Assembly: GCA_004022145.1 (NCBI GenBank)
Contig: RCNU01000008.1
Length of the DNA stretch: 64,000 nt
Origin: Paecilomyces variotii
Taxonomy: Eukaryota
Strand: one strand, 5' to 3'
Every line of letters starts with the position of its first letter. Position 1 is the stretch's first letter. Positions 23,375 to 36,773 of this stretch are shown here, one piece after another. A program made the position numbers and the translations under genes. The notes under the pieces are model-generated. The model was not told the DNA's origin, ran no database searches, and worked only from the letters and a program-made list of their open reading frames with translations.

Positions 23375-24400
23375 ATGGCTGCGAATTACTGGGCATCTAC
23401 ACAGCGTCGGCATTGGCTCTTCTCGAGGGAGCGATTATCCGAGATCAGAGAGAACCTGAAAGAGAAGGATAAATTAGCACATCAGCAGTTCCCGTTGCCA
23501 GATTTGAGGCTCCTTAGCATCTACTTTAACCAACGTAAGGCCGCTATACTCACTGTACCGGTTGACCGATCCTCTCTGCTGACCCACATCTACAGAACTG
23601 ACCAAGTTGGGCAAGAGAATGACAACGAGACAGCAGGCGCTGGCGACTGCCCAAGTTTATATTAAGAGATTCTATACCAAAGTCGAGATTCGACAGACCA
23701 ACCCCTACTTGGTGCTTACGACGGCCTTCTATCTCGCCTGCAAGATGGAAGAGTGTCCTCAACACATCCGCTTCGTCGTCGGGGAGGCGCGAGGTCTCTG
23801 GCCAGGTATGCGTATTTGCTTTCCTCGTCTCTTTTCCGCGTCCACAGCTAATGCCCTACAGACTTCATCTCGTCGGACGTAGCCAAGCTGGGAGAGTGCG
23901 AGTTCTCCTTGATATCAGAAATGAGCTCACAGCTGATTGTCCACCATCCATATCGGACACTGACAGAGCTTCAGCCCGAGCTGGCGCTTACATCAGATGA
24001 GGTCGCCCTCGCTTGGTCCGTCATTAATGATCACTATCTCACAGACCTGCCGCTTCTGTATCCGCCGCACGTCATTGCTGTGATGGCGATTATCGTCGCC
24101 GTCGTCTTCAAACCAAGTCAGACCAGCTTCCACGGCACAGGACCGCCCTCGCTAGCCAGCGCCATTCGAGAAGGGGGTGCCGGTGTACTGGCAGCCTTGG
24201 GTGACAAGAACGCGCCCGGACCGCCAGCGCGAATTCAGAAAATCATCACCTTCCTTGCAGAAAGTGAAGTCGACATCAAGGCTGTCATCGAATGTACACA
24301 GGAGCTGGTCTCTCTATACGAGGTGTGGGAGCAGTACAGTGAGAAACACTGCAGAGAACTTATTGGGCGGATGGTCAAGAGCAAGAATCTGGATAAATGA
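23375..24400 (+). CDS. SSN8: Cyclin C (Mediator CDK8 module); 3 exons
   Basis: [15 protein letters not shown]-terminus, cyclin box [16 protein letters not shown]...[22 protein letters not shown]. Introns 23535-23595 and 23806-23861. Confidence 0.95.
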
Positions 24401-24900
24401 GACACGCGTCTTATCCATTCAGGAAGGTTGTTCATCGCTTGCCGGAGCCTGCATTTGCGTTCAATTCAGTTTCCTATGACGGTTGATATAGTTTTGGCGT
24501 GTCTATTTCATCTCACATCGCATAGCGTACTCTTTATCGGCGTCCTGGGATTACAGGGATTTGTCTTCATCAATCGCCATATACTCAATATTCATCCAGA
24601 TTCAACTCCTCATCTATCATTCCATAGCACATCTCAGACACACATTGGATTAATTACATTACATAGTTGTTCCCTGTGAACGTTATCAATACCAATTAAG
24701 GCGTAGAACCTTTGAAAGGCTGTCCAATACTTATATGGCTCACCGCCTTGCCGTGTCACTTGTCGAGCTCTAGCTCAGGGGTGGACATGGACATCCTTCG
24801 ATCGGTACAAAGCAATCTCGAGCTCTTAAATCTTGTAGACCATTCAACATTGTGACAGGACCAGAATACAGAAGTCCCTTCAAATATCTTTTCCAGTGTC

Positions 24901-26357
24901 ATGTCCCCTTCAGCTGTTGACGCCGTCCATATCGACAAGTGTATGAACTATGACGATGTTGCATGGGAAAGAAGCGACAATGTGTTTGAAACTTGGAGAG
25001 TTACGCTTTACCAAGAAAACGTACTTCGAGAAATCGGCCGTTTGATAGACCAGTGGAGAGGTGGCCTTCCCGAAGAATTGTTTGCTCCAAAACGTGGAGC
25101 GTTCAATGCTTGGCTCCGGATGAAGTTCAAAGATGGAGGTTCCGCCATTATTCGATTCCCTTGTCCGGGTGCTTCGATGTTCCCTGAAGAAAAGGTCAGG
25201 CGTGAAGTCTCCGTGATGCGTTTCCTGGAACGTCATACCAGTATTCCTGTACCGCACGTTCTTCATTACGGTATGACCGAAGAGAGCCCAGGAGGATTTT
25301 AGGCCCTTTCATTATCATGGAATACATCGACAACGCGGTTAACCTCATCGACGTCCTCGAAAAACCAGGACTATCGCCTGACGACCGAGCGGTTTTGGAC
25401 CCGAATATCTCCAAAGAAACACTCGAGTGGACATATAGCCAGATGGCCGATATAATGCTTCAGCTATCTAAACACTCGTTTGCACAGATTGGTTGTATTG
25501 CCAAGGCCAAGGAAGATGATGACTTTGATGATCAGTGGATTGTAAAGCATCGCCCGTTGACCTTCAATATGAACGAACTTGTTCAATTGGGGAACTTCCC
25601 TCCACATCTCCTTCCCCAGCATGCGTTCCAAACTTCTTCCTCTTATTATCAGGCGCTTGCGGAGATGCATATGAATCACCTCTCTACCCAACGCAACGAT
25701 GCAATCGAGTCGGCCGGGGATTGCCGGCGAAAGTATATTGCACGATGTTTATTCCGCAAGCTTGCACGCGAGCATCGATTGTGCCGCCAGGATTCTGGCT
25801 CTTTTAGACTTTTTTGCGACGATTTCCGCCCAGGGAATGTTCTTGCAAATGCTGAACTTCACGTGGTCGGGGCGGTCGACTGGGAGTTCTCGTACGCAGC
25901 ACCGGTTGGGTTTGCGTACAGCCCACCATTCTGGCTGCTACTGGAGCTCCCGGAGTTTTGGCCGGAAGGTCTCCAGGACTGGGCCCAACACTATGAAAAA
26001 CGCTTGGAAACGTTTCTCGGTGTCTTGAAACAACGAGAGGATGTGGCAATCAATCGAGGAATTCTGACCGAGGAACACCGACTTTCGAACCACATGAGGG
26101 AAAGCTGGGAGAGTGGGGATTTTTGGGTCAATTACGCAGCTCGAAAAAGCTGGGCGTTTGACATGGTATACTGGGCGAAAATTGATAAGAGATTCTTTGG
26201 CGATGGAGATCTTGAAGATCGTCTGCAGCTCTTAACTGAAGAGGAAAGAGATCACATGGATGGATTTATATGGAGGAAGCTTGCCGAGAAAAAAGAGCGT
26301 ACGTTGACGGATTGGTCAGATATAGAAGCTACACGCATCGCAACGGGACGAACATAG
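24901..26357 (+). pseudogene. Aminoglycoside-phosphotransferase-like (APH/kinase-like) gene interrupted by a frameshift near 25297-25302
   Basis: ORF1 has GAFN, IIRFP and EEKVRREV...IPVPHV. ORF2, in a different frame, has GPFIIMEY, DDFRPGNVL and VDWEFSY. The two halves abut at GGA TTT TAG GC CCT. Likely true start is 24943. Confidence 0.75.
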
Positions 26358-29300
26358 GACATCTATTAGTTACATGGCGCATGCAATAGGAATCGCTTGC
26401 AGTGCGGTAACACTTTTGCGGTATCTCCAGATTTGGTAGGAATAACTGGCTGTGAACATCCTGCAAGCACATTTATTGAGGGCATCGCGTGCAGCTCGTA
26501 CAGATGGATACCTTGCAGAGAAGAAGTCGGATAGAAAGGTTCGCGCGCTCATCAAAGTCCAAGCGGTTCTTTCTTATTTATTTATTCTGATTTCTCGGTC
26601 AGATCTTGAACTTCTCAGTCGGCCTCTTCAAGTGCCGTCACAATCTCCATTGATGAATTTCATCTTCCTGAAACATAACCCTTTCTCGTTTCAGGTTTAC
26701 TGCTTCGTATTTTCTCATCAAATTTCGTCCAGACATCTCCGGATCCTGTAACATCCCAAGATTGCAGATCAATCATTCTCGCTAATATACGTAACTACTA
26801 GTAGAGATATCAAATCCTGAAGACGAATCTTCTTCGACGTGTAGCCTACAGGGATGGGATGGGATCCGATCTCCTCCGATCAGAAGCTGATGTTATACAT
26901 TTTTTTTCTTCTGCTACAATCCTCTACATCCTTAATCCTATTAAATCTTACTATCAACCGGAACCTTAAGCATGGATTGATTAATGACCATATATATATC
27001 CTGTAAGCGGACATCTCCCGGAAGACTACGAACTAATAGGTATCCAGTGGAATTTACCAAATATCGTCTACGATGATAGAGGTAGCAGTTCTCGAAACCG
27101 AAAGGCTAATGATTACTTACTCTATCTATAAGGTGGGCCTATATTGCCGATATTATGGCTCGAAGCGAGAAATGGCATCATGCATCAGGAACATGTACTG
27201 TACATATGCACACACATAATTGATACATGCAGTCAAATACTAGGTCAGAAAAAAAAAAAACGTTCCTACATCTACATATTGTATGGTATTCTCTGTTTCA
27301 GACACACGAGTACCATACTCCATGCAGAGAGAGAACAGGACACGTTCTGTCGCACGTGGATGAAGCTTTATTTATCTAGAGCACATGCCAAATTGCGCGG
27401 TATTTATTTACTAGAGAATATACGTCATTGTGTCTCTCTTTTTTCTTTGTTATCATAACTAAGCACATACATAGTAGAAAGAATCCAATCTAATCCAATC
27501 CAACCCTAGGAAGGGTGTCGAGGATTCCAAGAATGTGAGGGTAATGTGTTTGAAATGTGCAAAGTCCTGTTGTGCCTTGGGACCTTGATACAACGTCTAC
27601 AGCATTACTTACCCTACCCTAGGCGATGTCCTTGTAAGCGTTGTGTTTTTGTAACTCGATACGTACTCGAGTATGGGGATCTGAAGGGATTCGACCAGGT
27701 ATGTGTCTAGAACGACGCGGAAGACATGGTTCGTGCGCAGGTACAGTACATACGATGGAAGGGGATGGGTATGCGAGGTAGGGGAGGGTGTCTTAGGCAC
27801 TACATACATAGATAGTTAGATGAGAGTGACTAGATTTGAGTACGTATGCAGAAGGACTGGCTGGACTAGGTACTTAGGTGGCTTCAGAAAGTGCCTGCGT
27901 CTCTGTGGGCGGGTTGATATCCATGTTGGAACCGATACATAACTTAGTCCTCTCCAGAAATCAGATGGAAGATCTGAATGAACACAGACAACCTTGGATG
28001 GAACGACCCAAGAAACGAGGACAAGGCTGGCCCGAAGCACGAAGCCGTTTGCGGAGAAAGCGTGTCAGGGACCTCGATCAGGACGCTATTACTGTATTAG
28101 TATTATTATTATTGGACACAGGGACCAGCGATGGACTGAGCGCCCGAATGAATTTCTAAATGCAGATAGATAGAATCGGTAGCAAACCGAGCGGAATGTC
28201 CGTGCTGCCGATCTCGCATCCAACGAGTAACTTAGCATTCTCGATCGATAATCGTGTTATCGGCACCCATTTCCCTCCAGTCCCAAGTCTGAGAACAGAA
28301 AAGCAAAAAGAACACTTGGATAGTATCCAAGACAAATATTCTCCGTACGATGAGGGAAACTTTGTTGTGAGCATGTCAGAGACAATGCCTTTGTTATTGG
28401 CAGAGCAGCAAAGGGGCGGTGTACGAAGCGGCACAGGGTTGCAGAGAGACTTTGATATCCAGGGACCAGCGAAGACATGCTGCTGGTCCATAGCTGCCAT
28501 ACCATATAGTTATACTCCAGAGGACACGAGTCCAGCTAGCTTCGGGAGGTTCGGCTCCCCTCGTGAGTCGTGAGAGTCCTATCTGGGATCTGGGAGTGCT
28601 CTACTCCGTACTACTAGTAGAATAGCGTCTGTCCTTGTCCTTTCCTGCCACCTGGTAACTAGTGGGCTTTCCGGGGGCAGCGTTGTGAGAAGAATCACGG
28701 GGGCTAGGGGAACAACAGACACCTGATGGATCTCCCCTCGCCTAGAACGGACAAGGCTTCATTGTAGAGTGGATAGATTATTGAGTATGGTACTCGTTCT
28801 CTAAGCTCCGGGAACAGCGTGAAACTGTTCGAGCGCCTCTGTTGTTGTTGTTGCTTCCTTGCAGCGCCATTCCAGTGGATGAGCGTCAGCCACGGCGCTT
28901 GTGTTTGGTACAGTCTGGATGCTCCGTCGCTTGACGGGTTTCAGGAAAGATCTCCGCCCCCAGGCAGAAGAAGAAACATTACGGAAAAGCAATGCGGACG
29001 CTGGACGATGACTTGAGTAACCCAACCGGCCAGGAGAAGTCAGTCGGGCGGAAAAAAGCACCGGAGTGGATCGATCTGCCGCCGGGCTATCCAAGAACAG
29101 CAATTTTCGAGATCACCTGAGGCTGTGTGCAGGAGGATGGTGACCGCTGTTTCGCTGGGGAGGAAGGCGATCGTACTCATATGAGTATGGTAACAATTAT
29201 AGTTATTTTATTATTATGATTATTAGTTATCATCCCTAATGCATCCGACAGCATAACTAGTAGTGGGGAGCAGCGAGATGAGGGAGATGGAGAAAGCGAA

Positions 29301-30567
29301 GCGCATCGAATACTCGATGATCCAGCCTCGATAGCGCTGATTGGCCCAGCCGAGTGCCAGGTGGCTAGGTCGATGATCCCCGTATTATTATTATTATTGT
29401 ATGTATGGTACTATTATTATTACCACTCCAATAATACCGTTGTTACCGCACGCAGGAGGACCTTCACAGTCCGACGTCAAACATTCCACTCCGCCTTCTG
29501 GGGCTGATGGTGACGATGGCAGGAACGTGTCAGGATCACAGCGACAACAACAGGAGACGAGACTCAACGAAACCCACCCACGTAGATAGAGAGACCACGA
29601 CGAGATAGTTAGCTGCTGTGTGAGAATGCTGTTCCATCCGTCAGACTCGATAACTACACAGTAGACTATCTATCTAGAGTAGATCCTACTGTAAGAGTCC
29701 CCTGCAAGTCTGCCCGTCATCGCGTTGGTTGTTCCCCCGTGGCCGTCCGTGCCGGGGGCAAACGCTGCGCAGGGCTTGGCTTGGCTTTGGCTGCAGTGGA
29801 AAGTTGAGAGTTGAAAGCGTGCTGCCATCGACGTCACGCTCTGCGTTGAGCGTCAACGACCACCGTTGGGCCCCACTGGCTGCTGTTGGATTGGATGGGA
29901 GCTGCATGGTCCAGCTCTGGCCGGCGGTATTGGGCCCACTAAAGCTGTGGAAGGCGGATATCATTGGCTCTCGGTGGCCAGACGGTGTCTCGGTATCGCC
30001 ACTAGGGCTGCCGCTAGCGCGCAGCCGTCTGCCGATCGCTGGTTGGTCCGTGGTATTACCGATACGCGCTGTTACCGAGTATCGCCCCGTGCAGCCAGCG
30101 CTGGGGAGGGCTTTCGGGCAGGTCGATCTCGAATCGGCGTAATGACGGTAATTACGGCCCTTGCGCTTCCCCACTGGTCGCTCGCACTGAGCAAGCCCCC
30201 CTCTCGCTTTTCGCCTTCGGTCTCACACTCTGCCACTCTCTTTCCCTCTTTCCTGCGACCTCTTCCTGTCTTCCCTTCTTCATCCCGCCATCGAATTTCA
30301 TCCCACACAACCAACCCACTTCCGCATCTTCTCACTCTTGTACAATTCTACAACCCATCTTCTTGCCCCCAATTCTCTCCTTCGTCTCAACTCTCTTCTT
30401 TTTCTTCTTGCCATTGTCGACTGTCCGCTCTTCGTGACCAGTCGTCTCCTTTTCATCCGATATTCTCGCGGACTGCAATCGTGCTTGCACTGGCCGTCCG
30501 TCGCAGCTTCAGCCTTATTCCGGTGTAACTCCGACCACAGAGCTCTTCACCGATATATACCTTCATA

Positions 30568-31270
30568 ATGTCGACATTTTTCTACGCACACCAGCAACAG
30601 CAGCACCACCAGCAGCAGCACCACCACGCCGCTGCTTCGCACATGGTGTCCAACACGAACAACCATGGCGGCCGCTCCCGGAGGGGCCCGCGCATGGGTT
30701 CGCAGAACACGCAGCGCCAGTTCAGGGGTGTCAAGAGCATGCGAGAGTTGGCTGAGGCTCCCACTATCACCGCTTTCCGTGCCCGTTTCGAGGCTGGACG
30801 TTCGTTCGACTTGGACGACGACCTCGAATTCTGCCCCGGTCTGCTGACGGAGGACGATGTACGTTGTTTCCCTTCCCGTGTCAGGCCGTGATCCGATGTT
30901 TGCCTGAACGGAACAACTATTTTTCAAGGCAACGGTTTGACTGACACTCCATCTCCAGCTGCACTCCATCCACTCGTCTGGCTCCGATCGATCGTCACTG
31001 TCGAGCGGATCTCCTGATTCGTCCCCACTGCAGCATCAGATCCAGCCCGCCCAACAAGTCACCCCATCCATCTCTCTGTCTCCCGCTTCGACCAACGCCT
31101 ATGTGCCGTCGGCGATGAACGGTAATCTTAATCAGATGGGTTTCCAGCAGCCGGCTGCAGTGCGCGCAAGGAAAGTCATTCCGATCGTCAACCCCCACAC
31201 CGGTGTGACCCTCTCGAGCCCACCAACCTCGATCTCGCCCGGCGCGATGCAGAACCAGCGCCGATGGTGA
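30568..31270 (+). CDS. Conserved fungal low-complexity protein (DUF4452-like from memory) with poly-Q/H N-terminus; 2 exons
   Basis: Intron 30859-30958 (GTACGT...CTGAC...CAG, phase 0). Motif FRARFEAGRSFDLDDDLEFCP. Exon 2 is Ser/Pro/Gln-rich and ends RKVIPIVNP...QRRW*. Strong codon bias and good ATG context. Confidence 0.8.
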
Positions 31271-31922
31271 GGATGCCGCATGCCTAGTGCAGCGCAGCTG
31301 CCAAATGGCCTCCGTCCCTGGCATGTCTAATGACCCTTCGTCCGTGATTTCTGCGTCGTCGCTTTTTTTTTCCCCCACTGGGCCGCGAGTCTTGATGATT
31401 GGTACCTTCGCGACGCAACCAGCGCATCTGTTACGATAAACCCCAAATTTTTCGTCCATTGACACGGCAAAAAATAACTTCCTGTGTATAAATGCTTTCG
31501 ATTACGACCTCCGCCTTCTTAGAATCCTTCGTGATGCTTCAATTTTGCAGAGCGACATACGATTTCTGTTGCGAGCGACGGCGCCTGCGATTCGACTGTT
31601 TTGCATCCTTTTTTCTTTTCATCTTCACAAGACGATACCTGGTTTCATCTTTCGGATAGGGAAAAAAAGCCCTGACCCCTCGGGTCTGACCGCGATGATG
31701 ACGTATAGAAAACGCGGCGACTTGCTTCAAACGCATGCCTTGGTTACGGAGTTCTCCCTTGGTTGCTTTCTGCTGTGCTGGTTGCGGACGTCCTCTTTGC
31801 GATGTCCTTTACTGCCATATATTCTTGAATCATTGAGTTGTGTCCGGGGCGGAATGACTTTTTGATTTTCTGAGGTTTAGACGGCGGAAACGATATATGT
31901 TTTGCATCGGTTGGATTCGTCC

Positions 31923-31949
31923 TTTTTTTTTTTTTTTTTTTTTTTTTTT
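31923..31949 (+). repeat. Poly-T tract (27 nt)
   Basis: Direct reading; lies downstream of the 30568 gene. Confidence 0.95.
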
Positions 31950-33183
31950 GATCATCGGGCCGCAACCCCTGGGCCCTTGTTGCACTGATATTTTCATTCT
32001 TGTGTCTTTTTTAGGTGAAATAGGATGGGGAGGGCTATGATACTCATTTACTTACCACAGGTTCAAATGGCTGGTTGGTTGGGTCGGTTGTGAGAAAATC
32101 TATGGACTGGGTGTGGAGTTATTCGCCTTTTGTTTTGGGGTCTCTTGCTAATCGCAAGCCATATACCGAATATACTAAAATCTTCTGTTCAGCTTGGTTT
32201 CTTAATTGGTCCATATACCTTGTTTATCTTCATATCTGTGCAATTGTCGAACATTTGCTTTTCCTTCTTTTCGGTTGTCCTTGGAGAGTCCCTGGGGGTA
32301 CTCCCAGGGAGCTTTTGATTTTGAACCTATAAAGTTGCCTTTCATTCGCATCAACTCTCCTTTGTCGTGTACAGGTTTTACGATTCCACGCCCACTTCTT
32401 AGCATCTATCTCTAGTTAGTAACTGAGAGATGTCTTTTTCGCTCTTCCAAAAGCCCCTCTATTACAGTAGTGCAGACTTGGCTGTAGCGGTCTGTAACAG
32501 TGAAATGGGATGTCACTTGATGAGGCTAGTATGTATGCATGCAGTATGATTCACAGTTTGAGCTGGGCTCAGAAGGGCCATTTGATATAACTAGAATAGA
32601 GAGTACTTTTGGAATTTCGGTTTGTTGTTGTTGGTTGTGATGGTATATATGTTTATATATATAGATATAGACGTATGCTGTTGGATAGGTATGCATCGCT
32701 GTATTTATATTTACCACATCGCAAACACACCACACTACGGAGTATTTAGGGGTTGAACTTTCAATCATATCGCAAGGAAAATATCATTCTTGGGTTCCCA
32801 TCTTTCGAAAAAAGAGGATCCCAGCCGTATATCTGTATGTACAATACATACACACAGCAACTAGATATCTTATCTCATAGCAAATGAAATGAGGAAAAAA
32901 CGCCCAAAGAAAAAGTGGATACTGGTACACAAACTCCGGATATCCCTCACTTGAGTCAATGAAGAGAGAGAAAAGTCACTTTGAATTTTCTCTTTTCAAG
33001 TCTTGTTGTTAAGGTAGAGCCAGAATCAAGGAGGAAGAAACAGTCTGATGATGGGTTGGAGATAGTATGACGGACGGAGGAGCTTGTTGAAGCGCGATAT
33101 AAGTGGAGAGATGGGGTCTGGGGTTTGGTGGAGTTTCCGTCTAGTAAGGTTGGTTTCCGTCAGAGCGATGTCTCATCTCTGTT

Positions 33184-33726
33184 TCAATGCGCCTTGTTGA
33201 CGGGTCCTTCTCGGTTAGGTAGATTCTTCGTGCCCTCCTGCAACTTGTCGATGGTTTCCTGATTCGAGTCGATTTCACCGCGGTCGGCCTTGACCTGTTT
33301 TTAAGATGATGTGGTTAGTTTTGAAAAATAAAAAGAGTCTGCTGAGAGTTGTATTGTTCTTTTGCGATGAACATACCGAAGCCTCAGAGTTGCTTGCAAG
33401 TTCCTGCTTCCACTTGGCCTTGCCCTCCTTGGTGCTTCTTAGCTGCTCCTGCTTCTGGGCCTCGTATTCCTTGTCCAGTTCATCGCGGTCTGTATGGAAG
33501 AGGTGCGGTTAGCTTCCTATTTCCTAATTGCAAGCTTTTCTGACTAGGAAGGAATGGTTGGTTCGTGAACGGGAAATATTCGATCACACTTACTCTGGTC
33601 ACTCTCTTTCAGGGCTGATCGGGCGGCGGAGCTGTGGAAAGGCGATGCAGCGGCGTAAGCTGGTCGGAGGGCGACCAGACGGGAGCCAAGAGTGGCGCGG
33701 GTGGTGGTGGTGGTGAGGAAAGACAT
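33184..33726 (-). CDS. Small putative mitochondrial protein; 3 exons
   Basis: Introns 33593-33490 and 33376-33295 (GTAAGT/GTATGT, CTAAC, CAG). Presequence-like start (..RPAYAAASPFHSSAAR) followed by charged helical KEGKAKWKQELASNSEASVKADR. Confidence 0.8.
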
Positions 33727-35603
33727 GGTGGAATAAGTAGGTGGTCGAGATAGGAGGTGTTGGTTGTAAGTATAGATCCCAATGCTTTTCTTTGCGGTTC
33801 AGAGAGGGAGCTGGTGGGAAAAGCAGAATGTTAGCTGAAGGCTCAATTGGTTGTGCTAAGAACAGCACAATGGTATATGAATCGTCTTCCTCGAAGCTTT
33901 CTAGCTAGCCTGTCGAACAATATCCACGGCGATAATGATGATAACCGCCAGGGTGATGATAGGCCGTCTAGGTCCCGAAGCTCAATTGGAAGGAAACCAG
34001 CACAAGTTGATAGTCGAAGCATACAGTAGTAGAATAATCTTACTTACCAAGTGGTAATGGGTTCAAGGTAGGGCAATGATGGTGGTTGGGTAGGTAGGTA
34101 TTGGATGGAGTGATAGGTGTAGTTCTTCTGCGAAGAGAAAAAAGAGAGAAAAAGAGGACAAGGGAGCTACTTTAAGAAGGCCAGAACACCGAGGATTGCC
34201 CAAGACGGAGAGCCACTTTTTCCAAGCTGGTGCTCCATGAATTGTATTCGAATTTCCTCCTGCTTTGAAGTTGCTTGGTGGAGCGGTGGTCAGTGACGTC
34301 AGGGATACGGCAGTTTCTTGTGATGCTCTCTCGCTCTCGCTCTCGGCAATTCTTGTCCCAGTTCACTGTGTATTTTTATACTTATTTGAATTACTCTAGA
34401 GGAGAGGAGAAAAGAAAAAAAAAAAAGAATAGATTAAGCAACTGGATTAGAGTAGAATGGGCTCAGACAAGATGGAGATTCAAGTGTTTTCAAATCCTCG
34501 AAGAAACTGCGGTTCTCTCTCCCTGACAAGAACTCCTACCAGTACTCTAGAATACCTTAGCTACCTACCTAACTGTTCCGAGTCTCCCTTTCGACCGGAT
34601 TGGAGCTGTTGTTGCATTATTATTTACTAGTTACTGCCATGACTGTTCGCGCACGTTGAGTGGATGATGTCATGGTGGGATACCATAGGACAAGAAGACC
34701 TGCTTGTTCTCTCGATCGATTGAACCTAGGATAATGATGACCACAATCGCCGTTGGTCCGTGAAGGAATTAATAAGGCCATGAGGTGATTTGCTAAACTA
34801 GCTAACTAGCTAGCTATTTTTGTGTGAACGTGAACCTTCCTTCGGGAGTCTGCCATGGCTGGCTTCACATGAGACAATGGTGATGCTGATCGCCGGGATC
34901 AATAAGAATAAGTATGAACTGGACTTTTCTGCAGGGAGATGGACTACAGTAGACTACTCCTAGTATCGACTGAGTCACCTGATCGTCCGGGTGCACCCGA
35001 GATGTCGGCCATCTCGAATTACCTGACTACGTAGTACTCTACAGCATCACAAATGCTGTGTCCACTATGACAACATGAATCTTAGTTCGAGAGTATCTTT
35101 CGGATAGGATCAGGTCTTATCGACAGTTTATGCGACGAATCTAGGGACACAGTGGTGCTCAAGGAGGGCGAATATGAGACGCTTCTGGCTAACTGCCAAC
35201 GTCGACACAGGGCTACTGGAGAAAAAAACATACTAGAATATCGGGTTGGTCTTTGTCAACCAAAGGGTTAACTAACCCATCGACTGACTATCCTGTGATT
35301 GAAACGCGTTATTATCTCTGTCCGCTCGCGTATATAGCATCAACTCGAGCATTACAGATCAGTTGGATCTAGATGACACTGGTAAAGACAGTACATTGGG
35401 CATGGCCAACAGCAGATGTATCGTGCGGTATACAAACAGAGTCCCAGACCTCATCCTCATAACGCCAGGGCACAAGCTCAAGGGGTAGGTGTGCATCATT
35501 GACCAAGACAAGAAAAATAGCAGAAGCGCCATATAAAACCCACAAAAGTCATATCTGGCGGGAAAAGAAAGCCCCTCAACAAGTCGAGCGAACCCACACC
35601 AGT

Positions 35604-36419
35604 TTATTTCAAGATCACAATCAGGATAACAAGCACAATAATCAGTCCAACAATCGTCATCATACTCCAGTTGTCGCTGGCGTTCTTCCGGATCTTGTTT
35701 AATCGCCGTTTGGCATTATTTAGCCGGCTCTGATGCCGGTCAACTGCTCCGTCCACATCATCCAGAAGGGCGACATGGCCCTCCAGTTCATCGCCGATCT
35801 GGATGCTCAGCTGATGCTGCCGTCCGATAGACTCTCCCAATCGGTCCAACTGTTCATCTTGCTCTCGTATGATCTGAGAGTGGTGCTCATGGATCTGTTG
35901 GTTGCTTAGATTGGTCGCGTCAAACGCCGGCGGTGATGGAGAATCGCGATACGGTTGCAGAAGCGCTGCACGATTCGGATCCTCATCGTCGTTCATGCCT
36001 GGAGCTGCATCTGTAAACCGGACGGACTTGGACTGCGGATGCTGCGGTACGGGGTGTTTCAAGGTTGAAGAGGCCCGACTCGCGTTGGCGAAATCTGGAG
36101 CCAGGGAGGGATCGTTCGGCGCTTTGGTGGTGTCGTTAGAGGCCTGATGGCCGTAGAATTGGGACGCGAGATCGTCGAACTGAGAGCGTAGATGTCCGAT
36201 CTGGTCCTTCAACTCTGCCGACCCGCTGTCGTTTGAGGCTTCCAGGGATGCTTGCTCAGATTCCACCCTCTCGATTCCCTCGCGTAAGGACTCCAGAGAC
36301 CGCGAAATTTCACCATCTTGAGAGTTAGGTTCCAGGTTCAGTGAGATAGCCCGTTGCCGTTCCAACAAGGACAGCTTGATGTGATCTGCGAGCAGGAAAA
36401 GCTGAGACGGATTCGCCAT
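35604..36419 (-). CDS. SYN8: Qc-SNARE, syntaxin-8 like
   Basis: MANPSQLFLLADHIKLSLLERQRA N-terminus, SNARE motif EQDEQLDRLGESIGRQHQLSIQIGDEL and a C-terminal TM anchor. Confidence 0.9.
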   Translation of the reverse strand: MANPSQLFLLADHIKLSLLERQRAISLNLEPNSQDGEISRSLESLREGIERVESEQASLEASNDSGSAELKDQIGHLRSQFDDLASQFYGHQASNDTTKAPNDPSLAPDFANASRASSTLKHPVPQHPQSKSVRFTDAAPGMNDDEDPNRAALLQPYRDSPSPPAFDATNLSNQQIHEHHSQIIREQDEQLDRLGESIGRQHQLSIQIGDELEGHVALLDDVDGAVDRHQSRLNNAKRRLNKIRKNASDNWSMMTIVGLIIVLVILIVILK

Positions 36420-36773
36420 CTTGGAATTGTCGGATGGCACGATCTCTTTTGTTCAGTATGCGACGGATGTAACTCCGTGTGCTGCAGTGGAGATCGGATC
36501 TCGAACGGCGGGCTGAGGAATGTGGTGAGCGAGTCAATCGAGGCGCAAAGTACCGGGGAGAGAGGCCAGCTGATCTCTCCGGGAGGACGGTGGCTGAAAG
36601 GACTAGACAGTTCGATAACAAGGACAAACAGGAAGCACGGGCGCAAAGACGAATCACTGCGACATGACGGATGGAGTCTGCTGTGGCTGGTGAAGAGGAT
36701 GAAAGACGAGCGATGGAAGTTGGATGCGACGACGTCCAGCTTCCGGGGCTGCCTGAGACGGCCGCGATATGAT

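Noticed and set aside
26370-26860. Minus-strand stretch with protein-like fragments and an intron-like GTATCC...CAG
   Set aside because: Multiple stops and no identifiable family; it might be a relic but cannot be supported.
29686-30528. ORFs of 137-220 aa upstream of the 30568 gene
   Set aside because: Products simply mirror the GC-rich promoter and CT-rich leader composition; the plus-strand ones lack ATG starts.
34988-34999. 12-bp palindrome CGGGTGCACCCG
   Set aside because: Palindromes of this length are expected by chance in 64 kb; no supporting context.
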